Assembly (NCBI GenBank): GCA_965226495.1
Contig: OZ245365.1
Span: forward strand, 3,456,001 to 3,520,000
Origin: Candidatus Marinacidobacterales bacterium
GTDB taxonomy: Bacteria; Acidobacteriota; Vicinamibacteria; Marinacidobacterales; DATDRI01
Reading direction: 5' to 3'
Length of the DNA: 64,000 bases
Part shown: positions 29,096 to 39,786 of the stretch, one piece after another
Position numbering within the stretch: position 1 is the stretch's first letter
Layout of the letters: every line of letters starts with the position of its first letter
Position numbers and translations under genes: made by a program
The notes under the pieces: generated by a model
Database searches by the model: none
What the model was told of the DNA's origin: nothing
Seen by the model: the letters and a program-made list of their open reading frames with translations, nothing else

Positions 29096-29111
29096 TGCAA
29101 GACTCGGGCCA
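29096..29111 (-). promoter_or_regulatory. sigma54 promoter of the fimT-pilV-pilX operon
   Basis: TGGCCCGAGTCTTGCA with correct spacing; inverted repeat GGTAACATGGGTG..CACCCAATGTTACC at 29206-29242 upstream. Confidence 0.72.
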
Positions 29112-29700
29112 GGGTGTGTGAGTCTCAGCCATCCTCATAACCGTATACCCGAGAATGAGTTGGGCATGGTCCTCACCAATTTCGCCTGTTCCACGCGTTA
29201 CCTTTGGTAACATGGGTGAAAATTGTGACACCCAATGTTACCCCTTGTGAGCCATTTTTTGTAATCATTAGACCTCGGCACGTCGAAACGTCCTCAGGGG
29301 CGCGATGCCATCCGCCCCGCTAGGTTGGGGAGCCTGTACGAGGTACATCCTCCCCTCGTGCAAAGGGCGATCCAACGGGTCGATATGTTGGAGACAACCC
29401 TTCAACCAATTAAGAACATTGATCTTGTTGCCTAAGCAGATGCTCACCACCTTGAATTTGAGAGATGGGAGGTGTCACTGTTCGTAACAAAACCGGGACG
29501 GGGACTGCATGCCACGTTCGACCGAGGTGCAACGCAGCGAGGCGGGATGCATCGGCGCTCGAATGCAACATGACTTCCGGGAAGGGAAACTAGATGTGTT
29601 GACAGTGTACGACCCGCATGGGATTATGGCGAAACACCAATTCTAAGAGCTCACACAACATCCGTTTTTCACTCGAAAGCGAAATTCTTCTGCCAGGAGT

Positions 29701-31893
29701 ATGAAGGTCGCAACCGAGAACAGCGCTGCCGGTTCGAGAGAAGAGAGCTCTCCGCGCGCTTCATCACGTTTGGAGTGGCAACGGTGGGCCTCTCTCGCAG
29801 CGTTTCTGCCGCTGGTTCTTGCGTCTTATCGCCTCGGCTCACTTCTCGTTCTGCCGTTGCTGGCGATCGCCTTCGTGCTCGCGCTTAGCCTCATAGCTCG
29901 CGTTGCGGGTTGGCCCAACCGCCTACTTGCTTTCGACCTGACCCTCATACTCGGTGCCGGCATGTTCGCGGTCTACGCGACAAGCATGGGAGAGCCAACG
30001 GGTCTGAACTTCGGGTTGGTTCTCACATTAGTTCTCGTCCTCGGCACCATCGCGTTTGCTATTTACCTGGAAAAAGACGACGCGAGCAGGGACCACTCGC
30101 CCCTGCTGCGCCTTCGCTGGCACCACGCGCTTTCCTTCGCAATCCTGACGCTAGGGATAACCTTGGTCATCTCCATCTGGGCGTTCGGCCTCTCCGCGAA
30201 GGTGACACCATACACGTGGTTGGTCTCGAGCTTCAGTTTCTGGCCGGTGCTCGTTTTGTCCTTTGCGTGTCTATTGGCTGGACGACTTGGTTGGATCTTA
30301 ACGCTGGTGTCCATGGCAATTCTGGAGACCGCAACTATCTGGTACGTGGCCTCGACCGAAGTCGTTGTTTACCAGGATCACCCGCTGCTTTGGGAGGAGC
30401 TCCGAAGCCGGGTCCGCGATCCGGGAAGCTGGGACATCCTCGTCGAGGGTCTCTTCTCGTTGCCAACACTTCTGCTTACGCTCGCCATCTTCGGAGCGTT
30501 CCCGATCCTGGTGCGCGCCCTTGGGAGGCTGAATCGAGGAAGCTCTCTTCTCGTGCTCCTACGGGTGCTAACGATCGTTTTGGTGAGTGGCTCCCTCTTC
30601 GTCCAACAGCGAGAAACGGTGAGCCCGAGCCAGGCCGAGCGTTACCTTCTGAACTCGTCGGCGCCGTGGGCCGCGGTCCACGATCGAACGCGCAAACCCG
30701 GCAACATCGACTGGGAGCAGGCAGCTCAAGTGCGAACCCGTTTGGAAGCACCGATCTGGGAGGCGGGCCGGGCGGCACCATTGGACTCTTTGGCCGGCCG
30801 CTATCAGGGGCGTTCGATCGTTTTCCTGCTAATGGAGTCACAGGCTTCCACACACATCGCCGGTCTCGGCGAGGGTGCATTCGCTCATGAGGCGAGCGCG
30901 CCTCACTTTTCGCGATTGATGGGCGAGGGGCTTGTCTTTACCAACTACTTCGCGGCCGGCTTCGATACACGTTCCGCCCTTTGGACGGTTCTCACCGGCT
31001 TGCAGCTGCCGATGGGCAATCCGGCCGGAGTGCAAAGGGCCCCCGAGGTGACACGCGTGGGACGCATGGCCGACTTCAAGGCGCTCGACTACCGATGCGA
31101 TTGGCTGTACGCGGGCTCCCCACGTTTCGACAACTGGGATCTACTCATGACCGGAGCGGGGGTGCGTTGGTGGATCGACGCGTCCGAAACGCGCGACCTC
31201 CCCCGCGACTACTGGTCCTCGTGGGGAATGCCCGACGATGCTCTCTACCGCATCGTTCGCAACCGATACGTTGACTCCTTGGAAAAGGGGAAGCCCACGT
31301 TCATCGGCGCCCTCACCGTCAGCAACCATACACCGTATAGCTTCCCAGAGACCGTCAATGGCCAGCGTCTCGCAAAGGACCACGTAGGCGGGACGACGTA
31401 CGCCGATCACGCCATGAACGAGCTGGTCACCGCCCTTAGAGGGGTTCCGGCCGATGACCGCCCCATCATCTTCGTGACCTCCGACACGAGTTATATCGAG
31501 AACCTTCGGCAAGTGGAGCCCTGGGGAATCCTAGCGCTCGAGGGGTTGCGCATACCCGGGCTGCTGTTGTTGCCGGACGGCTTCCTCGCCGGGCAACGTT
31601 TCGAAGGGATCTTCTCTCACGAAGACGTTCTGGACTTGCTCTACATGATGGTCGCCCCGGAGAACGAGCAAGGCGGGAAATTCCTAAGCCATCATCGTAC
31701 GGTCGGCTTCGCGAACTCCTATCAAGGACTTACTCGAAACACGTACTTTGCCTCGCCGGATCGCTGGTTCGAGATCGTGAGTGATTGGGACGTTAGAAAG
31801 ACAGAGCAACCACCCGAGCGGGCGCGCGTGGAAAAAGCATGGGAACAGTTTCGAAGAACAAATGCTCTGCTGTGGCCAGCGACGCGGCAATGA
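29701..31893 (+). CDS. LTA-synthase-like membrane enzyme (alkaline phosphatase superfamily)
   Basis: Multiple N-terminal TMs; SIVFLLMES, FDTRSAL, WGMPD, TVSNHTPY. Confidence 0.75.
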   Translation: MKVATENSAAGSREESSPRASSRLEWQRWASLAAFLPLVLASYRLGSLLVLPLLAIAFVLALSLIARVAGWPNRLLAFDLTLILGAGMFAVYATSMGEPTGLNFGLVLTLVLVLGTIAFAIYLEKDDASRDHSPLLRLRWHHALSFAILTLGITLVISIWAFGLSAKVTPYTWLVSSFSFWPVLVLSFACLLAGRLGWILTLVSMAILETATIWYVASTEVVVYQDHPLLWEELRSRVRDPGSWDILVEGLFSLPTLLLTLAIFGAFPILVRALGRLNRGSSLLVLLRVLTIVLVSGSLFVQQRETVSPSQAERYLLNSSAPWAAVHDRTRKPGNIDWEQAAQVRTRLEAPIWEAGRAAPLDSLAGRYQGRSIVFLLMESQASTHIAGLGEGAFAHEASAPHFSRLMGEGLVFTNYFAAGFDTRSALWTVLTGLQLPMGNPAGVQRAPEVTRVGRMADFKALDYRCDWLYAGSPRFDNWDLLMTGAGVRWWIDASETRDLPRDYWSSWGMPDDALYRIVRNRYVDSLEKGKPTFIGALTVSNHTPYSFPETVNGQRLAKDHVGGTTYADHAMNELVTALRGVPADDRPIIFVTSDTSYIENLRQVEPWGILALEGLRIPGLLLLPDGFLAGQRFEGIFSHEDVLDLLYMMVAPENEQGGKFLSHHRTVGFANSYQGLTRNTYFASPDRWFEIVSDWDVRKTEQPPERARVEKAWEQFRRTNALLWPATRQ

Positions 31894-31900
31894 AGCACGT

Positions 31901-33962
31901 CTATTGATTGATGTATCCCAGGCTCTTCAGAAGCTCTCGGTCATGGTCGTCGACCGGCTCGTCCAAACCGCCTTCTTGACTCCCTCGGATTTCGGCGAGG
32001 GCTCGCCTTTCGCCCTTCGGAATAAGCCCGGCAAGCTGCTTTTGTAAAGCCACGAGAGTTTCTCTCTGACTCTCATCCAGTACCAAATCGCGCGTCTCCT
32101 CTGGATCGGCAACGACATCGTATAGCTCGAAGCGTGGTCCATCCAGCTCCGGAGTGAGGATCAGCTTGAAACGACCATCGCGAACCGCCCTGAGTTTTCC
32201 AACCACGCCTTGGTAGGGGCGTCGGTCGTTGGCTTCCATCATTTTCACGTCCGACTCCAGGAAGGCCCCGCGGGACTGGTCCTCACGGCCCTCCCAGAAT
32301 CCAGCCAAGGTTCGCCCGTCCATTTCGCCCGGGTTCCGGATTCGGGCCAGTCCGAGGAGCGTGGGCGCCACATCGATAGAGCGAACCTGATGGGATACGG
32401 TCAAGCCCTTGGGGAGTTTCTTCGGCCAGCTCACAATCAGGGGAATCCGGACCGAGCTCTCGTAGAGGAACGCTCCATGATGGAAGTAGTAGTCATGCTC
32501 CCCGAGCGAGTGACCGTGATCGGCGGTGAACACAACGATAGTGTCATCCCGGAAACCGGCTCGCTCCAGTTCTTCGAGCAACCGACCTACCTCACTCATA
32601 GTGTCGTCGATCTCACCCCGGTACAGTCTTCGCGCGCCCTCGTTTTCTTCCTCGGAGAGGGGGTTATCGAATGTCAGTTCGCCGTGCGTGATCCCCGCGC
32701 TTTCTGGGAAGTTCACGTTACTGCTTGCTCCCGGCGGCGCGCCGTAACGTTTCTCCAGATCGGGAGGAGGCAGGTAGGGCCAATGCGGTTCGAAGTAATG
32801 GACATAGAGGAAGAACGGTTGCTGCTGTAAGTTGCGCAGGTAGCGGGAGGCCGAGTCGGTCACCGCCCGCGCCTGCGCCTGATAGACCTTTGGAGTTTTC
32901 GCCGAAGGCGTCTCGATCCGCTTTACCGTCAAACGGTCGGCGAGGATGAACCAGCTTAGGTAGCGAAGGCCTCCGCCGTACTGCTCGCCCAGCTCGTATG
33001 TCGAATAGTAGCGCTCGAATCCTTGACCGAAGCCGCGGTCCTTGGATATCCAGGGATTGTTCACGAAGGCAGTGGTTCGGTATCCTGCCTCCTTGAACAA
33101 CTTCACCACGCTCGGCTGGTTCTCCTTGAGCTCGTCGTTGAGCGTACGCAGTCCGTGATGGATCGGATACCGACCGGTGAAGAACGAAGCGACCGATTGC
33201 GGCGTCTTGGGTATTACCGTCACCGCATCCTCGAACAGGATTCCTTCGGCGGCAAGACGTTCAATCGCGGGCGTCTGGACGACACCACCGAAAGGGCTGA
33301 CATGATCGCGACGAGTGGTGTCGATCAAAATCCACAAAACGTTCGGCATATCGGAGGCGCCCATTCCGGCGAAGGCTCCCCACAGCGCGATCGAGACCAC
33401 GCATCCTAGTGTCGCGCCAGCCGTGGCCCGTGGCCAGCGAAAGAAAACCAGGGAGACTATCAACGCCAGAGCCGCACTCGTGGCGTAGAACCAAGCCTGA
33501 TCGCCAAGCGGATATGCGAAGTCCGGCACTCTCCCCCACAACGAGAACGTCGATGCGATAAAGAGGGCGAAGCCAGCGAGCACCATTCGAAACGAACCGC
33601 TCAGCCGCGCCCACATGGATCGCGGTACCAGCCACATCGCAAGCAATGTTGCGAGAAGCAACTCATAAGGCCCGGCGTCTCCGAGCAGCATCCAACGGGC
33701 GAGGATAGCCGCCAGGACCCACACCGAAAAGACGGCTCGGAAGATCGGGAAGGGCTCGCGGAAAACGCGAGAAAAAATCGCTCCCAGCAGAATCCAGACC
33801 CCGCTGACGTTGGAGTCCAGCAATCCAGGCGACGGTACCCAGAGCTTCGAGGACGTTGGTCGAGGTCCAGTCGCCCATCAGCACATCCCAGCGAGCGATG
33901 TGAATGCCCTCGAAAAGGCCGACGACGACCGCGGCCTTGAAAACCGGTAACAGGCGCTTCAT
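31901..33962 (-). CDS. Membrane-anchored sulfatase-like protein with a probable +1 frameshift near 33810-33830
   Basis: PNVLWILIDTTRRDH, PKTPQSVASFFTGRYP, HYFEPHWPY, TADHG, LYESSVRIPL; N-terminus MKRLLPVF lies in another frame. Confidence 0.78.
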
Positions 33963-34254
33963 TAGTCTCTTCCGATTGCTTGAACGGGAGTGAATTGAGT
34001 TGGATTCTATGTTAGCACGAGGGGTGGGATTTCGCTCAGAGGCCTGCCAACGACGTAACTCCTTCGAACTATGGGTGCAAACGCCCTTCTTCCCCTTCTT
34101 ATGGTCGAATTGATTACCCGCAGCCTCTATGCGAAAATGTTTACATCTGAAGAACACGCATCCGTCCTCACGCGCCTTGAGATATCGCCCCTATCTTCCG
34201 TGAACCGATTCGTTCAGGAGGAAGCCGGGCGATGGAGATCCGGGAGAACGACCT

Positions 34255-34500
34255 ATGGCCCGCTTCACTTCGCCGCATGAATTGAGAAACGTTTTGAACA
34301 TCCTATTCTGGGCATCGATTGTCGCGCTATACCCCAGCACGAGCCATGCGTATCTCGACGCGGGCACCGGAAGCTACGGTTTTCAGATGCTGCTCGCGGT
34401 CGGCCTCGCTGCGGCGTTTATCATCAAAGCAAACTGGAAGAGGCTGAAGTCGAAATTCTCGAGCGCCTCCGAAAAGGACCATGACGGCGGCAACTCCTAG
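34255..34500 (+). CDS. Small exported membrane protein of the AYLDxGTGS type
   Basis: Signal-like segment ending SHA-YLDAGTGS, then TM helix and basic tail; GGAG RBS. Confidence 0.7.
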   Translation: MARFTSPHELRNVLNILFWASIVALYPSTSHAYLDAGTGSYGFQMLLAVGLAAAFIIKANWKRLKSKFSSASEKDHDGGNS

Positions 34501-36064
34501 CTCGTTCGACCCTGAGAGCGGGAGCTCGCCCTGGCGACTTCCGGTGGCCGTCGCGTCCTTGATGGCGACTCCCCTGCTGGTGTTCGTCTCATCGGCCAAC
34601 ACCCTTTACCTTAGAAACCAATCCGAGTTTCAGCATCAGCCACAAGTCCTGACCTCCTTCATAGAGCTCACCCTCGTCACGCTGCTGATAGGTCTCGCGC
34701 TCTATGCGCTATCGAAGTACCAACCCTTCCGATTATTGCTGCACGCTTACTACATGGTCGGGCCGTTCTTCCTCCTCTTTGGCTTTCTCCACAATTGGGC
34801 CGTGGGCTCCCACTTCTTTCTCTGGGTCTTCGACACTTGGGCGGGAGTGCTCACGTACTTTGCAGGCTTTGTCGCAGCTACGGTTTTCGTTTCGAGGCGC
34901 TTTAGCCCATCGACCCTGGCCGGCCCGTTCGCAGCGTTCAGCTTGCTTTTGTTGGCTACCGAGGCGCACTCCTTTGTGACGCACTACGAGAAGCTGGCGC
35001 CCGAGACTGCGGGCTCGCAGATTCCGAACCTGGAAACGAACCCGAATTTGCCGAACGTGTACCACTTCATTTTCGACGGCTACGACGCCGAGCACTTTCC
35101 TCAGACGCTGTCATCCGACTACCGGAACGCCTTAAGTGGCTTCGTGAACTTCCCAAAAAACCTCGCGCTCTACCGCAACACACGCTCCTCCCTACCCTCC
35201 ATCTTCTCGGGAAGGCGTAGGCCAGGAAACGTTTCCAACCCGGAGTACTTGAGGCGCGCTCTCAATACCGACTTCTCGTTCCTATACTGGCTCAAGGAGG
35301 AGGGTTACAAAACAGTCGCCTATACGCCGGACATGTACGAGTTCGGCCTCGAGCTCTTCGATCACGTGACCTTCCACCAGCAGAACCATGGTGCCGAGGC
35401 TCTGCTCGAAATGAATAATGCCACTTTCCAAAGGTTGTGGCTCTGGACCAATTCCCCGCGCCTGTTCACGGGGATGCTCTTGGACACCGAGTGGTTCATC
35501 GAGTTCGGTGGAGAGGACTTGCGGCTGGTTAAGAATAGAAACTTCTTGCCTTTTTCGGTTCCCATTAGATCCTATCTGAGTTTCTTGAACGTCCTGGAAC
35601 AGGAGGCCGATCTTCCTGCCAACGGCCGTTATACGTTGATCCATCTAGTACTCCCGCACTCTCCGGAAGTGCTCGCCGCCGACTGCTCGTACGATGTGGC
35701 GGGTAGCGAGACCACGCAGCTGGAACAAGCCGGCTGTGCGACAAAGCTGTTGGTGGATTTCGTAGAACGACTGAAGGAACTGGGACGATTCGACAACTCG
35801 CTGGTTATCGCTCAAGCCGATCACGGAGTCTACGAGCCCGACAACGGCGCCGAGAACCCGGCGGAGAGAGTGTCCTTGCACGCGCTGCTCCTGATCAACC
35901 CGATCGGCAGCGACGGTGAATTCGCGGTCTCGAGCGTGAACAGCACCCTCATCGACATCGCACCGACTCTCTTAGGCGCGCTCGAGGTCGAAAACCAACT
36001 CCAGATGGACGGCACACCGTTGCAAGATGCGATGCCCGACAACCGACTCGTACCGATGGATTGA
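34481..36064 (+). CDS. Membrane sulfatase-like hydrolase/transferase, paralog 1
   Basis: TPLLVFVSS, about 5 TMs, PNVYHFIFDGY, NTRSSL, HLVLPH, ADHG, LIDIAPT. Confidence 0.78.
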   Translation: MTAATPSSFDPESGSSPWRLPVAVASLMATPLLVFVSSANTLYLRNQSEFQHQPQVLTSFIELTLVTLLIGLALYALSKYQPFRLLLHAYYMVGPFFLLFGFLHNWAVGSHFFLWVFDTWAGVLTYFAGFVAATVFVSRRFSPSTLAGPFAAFSLLLLATEAHSFVTHYEKLAPETAGSQIPNLETNPNLPNVYHFIFDGYDAEHFPQTLSSDYRNALSGFVNFPKNLALYRNTRSSLPSIFSGRRRPGNVSNPEYLRRALNTDFSFLYWLKEEGYKTVAYTPDMYEFGLELFDHVTFHQQNHGAEALLEMNNATFQRLWLWTNSPRLFTGMLLDTEWFIEFGGEDLRLVKNRNFLPFSVPIRSYLSFLNVLEQEADLPANGRYTLIHLVLPHSPEVLAADCSYDVAGSETTQLEQAGCATKLLVDFVERLKELGRFDNSLVIAQADHGVYEPDNGAENPAERVSLHALLLINPIGSDGEFAVSSVNSTLIDIAPTLLGALEVENQLQMDGTPLQDAMPDNRLVPMD

Positions 36065-37016
36065 CCCGTTGGGACTTCGGAGGGGGCTTTCGTCGCCGCT
36101 TGCTTTGCTCGTGGTCTTGGCCCTCGCGGGGTGCCAACCCAGTCCGCGAGAGCAACGATCTGGCAGAAAAAGCAACCGACCCACAGGCGCCGGCGGCCAC
36201 CAGAGCCCAGTCATTGGATTCGGATTGATTGTAGGGACCAACCCGGCAGTCACCTACAAAGCTTACCAACCCCTGATGGATCATCTGACGGCCCAAGCGC
36301 CGTTCCTATTTCAGATCCGGCTCGGAAAGACTACCGACGATCTGATGAGATCAGTGGAGGAAAGGATGGCCGAGCTCGCTCCACTGAGCGCGGTGAGCTA
36401 TCTCGAGGCTCACAGCCAGTTCGGAGCAGTGCCACTCGTGAAGCCTCTCAATCGTCGTGGGGAGGCGTTGTCGCGGGCCGTCTTCTTTACGCGAAAAGAC
36501 AGCAGATTGGACGCGGTCGAAGGGCTGCGGGGCGGGACGCTGGCCCTCGGACCGCACCATTCGGTATTGAGTAACCTCGTACCGCGCCACGAGCTCCTGC
36601 ATGCCGGTATCCACTCCGAGGACCTCGCAACCATCGAGCACATGTCCAGCGATGACAGGGTCGTGGCCGCCGTTTTGGAGGGCCGATTCGATGCCGGCGC
36701 GGTAGAGGATGAGATAGCCCAGGCCGCCGAAGGGGTTCGAATTTTCCATACCTCCGAGCCCATTCCTAGCGCTCCACTGGTCATCCGAGACGACCTCCCG
36801 GTATGGGTGGCCCAGGCGATCCGGGACGCGCTACTCCGGCTGGACGTCGCCGATTCGGCAAAACGAGCCGCGTGGGCGGAGGAGATCCGTTACGGTTTTC
36901 GCCCCGCCAAGGACTCCGACTATGAGCCAGTTCGCACAATGGTAAATGCCGTCGTTGGTCAATGTGCCGACTCTTGCCATTCGAGCGGCGAGGTCTCTGA
37001 CACGAGCAGGCAGTAG
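36027..37016 (+). CDS. PhnD-like phosphate/phosphonate-binding lipoprotein, paralog 1
   Basis: Lipobox LAG-C; YQPLMDHL, VLEGRFDAGAV, SEPIP, FRPAKDSDYEPVR; start uncertain. Confidence 0.78.
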   Translation: MRCPTTDSYRWIDPLGLRRGLSSPLALLVVLALAGCQPSPREQRSGRKSNRPTGAGGHQSPVIGFGLIVGTNPAVTYKAYQPLMDHLTAQAPFLFQIRLGKTTDDLMRSVEERMAELAPLSAVSYLEAHSQFGAVPLVKPLNRRGEALSRAVFFTRKDSRLDAVEGLRGGTLALGPHHSVLSNLVPRHELLHAGIHSEDLATIEHMSSDDRVVAAVLEGRFDAGAVEDEIAQAAEGVRIFHTSEPIPSAPLVIRDDLPVWVAQAIRDALLRLDVADSAKRAAWAEEIRYGFRPAKDSDYEPVRTMVNAVVGQCADSCHSSGEVSDTSRQ

Positions 37017-37017
37017 C

Positions 37018-38613
37018 ATGAGCTTGAAGAGGCTCGGCGGCGCGAAGGCAATGCGAATGCTCCTCGTATTCATGTCTTTAGTCCCGACTCCACTTCTCGT
37101 TTTCGTTTCCTCATCCAACAAACTCTACGCTAGGAATCATGCCAAGTTACACGATCACCCTGAGGTCCTCCTGCCCTTCGTCTATCTCTTCCTAATCTCT
37201 TTGGGGGTGGGGCTGGTTCTCTACTTGCTCTCGAAGCACACCGCATTTCGTTACGCGCTTTGGAGCTATTACCTCATCGGCCCCTTCTTTCTCGCGTTTC
37301 AATTCCTTCGGAGCGCGACCGGCGGCATGACGTTTCTCAGTTGGCCGGCACATACTCAAGCAGGTTTCTGGGCCTTTGTGCTCGTCTTCGCGTTGCTTGT
37401 GATCGCAGCCGGACACACCCTAAACTTTCGTTCTGTCGTAACGCCCCTTGCACTTTACGGCATCCTCCTGCTCGTGAACGAGGCACGGGTAACTGCGGGA
37501 GCGATCCGAGGTCGCGCGATAGAGGCACCTGAGCGGGCGAGCGAAAGCCCTCTGTCAAACAAACGGCCCAACATCTACCATATCGTTCTCGATGGCTTCC
37601 AAACGGATGTCTTCGAGTTAGTTCGTTCCACCGAGATAGAAAAAGCGTTGGGCGGCTTTACCTATTTCCCCAACAACACCGCCATCTACCATCTGACGGC
37701 GACTTCTCTCGCTTCGGTTTTTGGGAGTTCACACTACGACTACCGAAAAACTCGACGTGAGTATCTCAACCAAGCGTTTAACGGAAAGCTCTCTCTCATC
37801 CCGCGGCTACAAGATGCCGGCTATAGCTCGGAGGTCTACATCCCGGCCCTCCAAGAAACCCGGTTCGAGATTCCGGACTACGTGTATCGCCACGCCGACT
37901 ACGCTCGCGCCGACCTGGTAGCGATGAACACTTCGTCGTTCACAAGATTGTGGGTGTACAGCCAAGTTCCTCGAGCCTTGAGAATGCGCTTCTCGTCCGA
38001 CGCTCTCGATTCAGCCGACTTGAAGCGGCTCGAAGAAGGCAGGTTCCTCCCCTACTCCGCCCCGGCGGTATCGGCCCTGGGTTTCGGAAAAATGATTAAG
38101 GAGGAAGAGAACCTTCTCGCTTCGGGTCGATACAGCTTCATCCACTTGTTGATGCCGCACCAGCCGTATGTGTTACGGGCAGACTGCTCGTTTGACCATA
38201 CGGGAGCGAAGACCGACCTGATGGCGCAAACGCAATGCACCATGAAGCTTCTCTTCGAGTTCTTAGACGTCCTGCACACACTCGGACGTTTCGATGACAA
38301 TCTGATCCTGGTACACGGCGATCACGGAGGAAACTACCGGATGAGAGACGGGAAGTTGGTTGACAACCGCTCCCGATCCTTGAGAGCGCTGTTACTGGTC
38401 AAACCCAGCGGGCGGGGCCAGGAGGACCGGTTCGAAGTGTCGCCACGGAAAACGTCGCTGCTCGACATCGCACCGACCATCCTCGACTGTGTCGACACCG
38501 GCGCCCCCCGAGAGCCGGACGCTTTCGAGGGAAACTCCCTCAGCGATGCGGTGCCCTGCTCCGACTTAAAATCGAACAGGCTCGAGAATCGAGAGGGCGT
38601 TGACATTAAATAA
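37018..38613 (+). CDS. Membrane sulfatase-like hydrolase/transferase, paralog 2
   Basis: PTPLLVFVSS, PNIYHIVLDGF, LTATSL, HLLMPH, GDHG, LLDIAPT. Confidence 0.78.
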   Translation: MSLKRLGGAKAMRMLLVFMSLVPTPLLVFVSSSNKLYARNHAKLHDHPEVLLPFVYLFLISLGVGLVLYLLSKHTAFRYALWSYYLIGPFFLAFQFLRSATGGMTFLSWPAHTQAGFWAFVLVFALLVIAAGHTLNFRSVVTPLALYGILLLVNEARVTAGAIRGRAIEAPERASESPLSNKRPNIYHIVLDGFQTDVFELVRSTEIEKALGGFTYFPNNTAIYHLTATSLASVFGSSHYDYRKTRREYLNQAFNGKLSLIPRLQDAGYSSEVYIPALQETRFEIPDYVYRHADYARADLVAMNTSSFTRLWVYSQVPRALRMRFSSDALDSADLKRLEEGRFLPYSAPAVSALGFGKMIKEEENLLASGRYSFIHLLMPHQPYVLRADCSFDHTGAKTDLMAQTQCTMKLLFEFLDVLHTLGRFDDNLILVHGDHGGNYRMRDGKLVDNRSRSLRALLLVKPSGRGQEDRFEVSPRKTSLLDIAPTILDCVDTGAPREPDAFEGNSLSDAVPCSDLKSNRLENREGVDIK

Positions 38614-38708
38614 TTTAAATACAATGGGTTAGATACCATTGCCTCCTCTTGACACAGGCAAACCCGCATGGCATCCTAACTGGTATCAACTGACATTGAC
38701 GCTTTCGG

Positions 38709-38746
38709 CCCGTTGAGCTCGTTGAGCCCGTTGAGCCCGTTGAGCC
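38709..38746. repeat. 9-bp tandem repeat (CCCGTTGAG)x4, one variant unit
   Basis: Seen directly in the leader of the second PhnD-like gene. Confidence 0.85.
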
Positions 38747-38840
38747 TGTCCGGCTCCGCCGTGAAGCAATCTTCAGTCCCGATTCTCCACGACACTTTCG
38801 CAAACGACCGGCCGAGTATCGGAAAGCTACTAATCCTTCT

Positions 38841-39785
38841 ATGACGTATCTGCTAGCCCGGTCCTCCCTGATCCTGTTGCTCGTCACCGCCATGCTCGGC
38901 CTTCCCATTGCGGGCTGCCATCAGGAGAGCGGAAACCCAGAGGAGGCGCCGTCGACCGAGTCAGTGCAGAGTACTTCGTCGCTCGCTAGTCGACCGCTCA
39001 TCATTTTGTCCTTCATGGATCCGACAAACACCATCCTTTCGACGAAAGCGCATCAGCCTCTTCTGGACTATCTCACCGCACAAACCCCTTTTCGTTATCG
39101 GGCCATTTTCAGCAGCGAGTCCGAGAGGAACGTCGGCGTCCTCGAGGAACGGCTGGTCGAAATTTCACACCTGGGAGTCGTAAGTTATCTGGAGGCACAC
39201 AATCAGTTCGGAGCGGTGCCAATAGCAAAGCCTCTGAACCGCGACGGTGAACCGACCTCGCGAAGCGTCTTGATCACGCGAGAAGACACCGATATCGGTA
39301 AGCTCACGGATCTGAGAGGACGCTCTTTGGCACTGGGATCATTCCATTCCACGTTGAGCAACCTCGTACCGCGTTACGAGCTCATCCAAGCGGGGATCGA
39401 TCCCGAGGATCTCGAGTCCTTGGAGCGTTTGGCCAACGACGAGGAGGTGGCGCAAGCGGTTTTGGCCGGTCGGTTCGATGCCGGAGCAGTGGAGGACATC
39501 GTCGCCGCGCGCTATGAGCAGAAAGGGCTTCGACCCTTCCACGTTTCCGGTCCGATTCCGACGGGCCCACTGGCCATTCGCGAAGACCTTCCTCGGCGAG
39601 TCGAATCGGCGGTTCGCGACGCCCTCCTGAAGTTGGGCCCAAAAGGAGTAGAAAGCCGTCAGGACTGGGCCGAAGAGATCCGATACGGTTTCCAACCCGC
39701 CGCGGACTCGGACTACGAGCCGCTCCGAAAGATCATGATGACCGTACCTACCGGATGCAGTGAATCATGTCACGGGAGCTCTTGA
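38841..39785 (+). CDS. PhnD-like phosphate/phosphonate-binding lipoprotein, paralog 2
   Basis: Lipobox IAG-C; HQPLLDYL, STLSNLVP, VLAGRFDAGAV, FQPAADSDYEPLR. Confidence 0.8.
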   Translation: MTYLLARSSLILLLVTAMLGLPIAGCHQESGNPEEAPSTESVQSTSSLASRPLIILSFMDPTNTILSTKAHQPLLDYLTAQTPFRYRAIFSSESERNVGVLEERLVEISHLGVVSYLEAHNQFGAVPIAKPLNRDGEPTSRSVLITREDTDIGKLTDLRGRSLALGSFHSTLSNLVPRYELIQAGIDPEDLESLERLANDEEVAQAVLAGRFDAGAVEDIVAARYEQKGLRPFHVSGPIPTGPLAIREDLPRRVESAVRDALLKLGPKGVESRQDWAEEIRYGFQPAADSDYEPLRKIMMTVPTGCSESCHGSS

Positions 39786-39786
39786 G

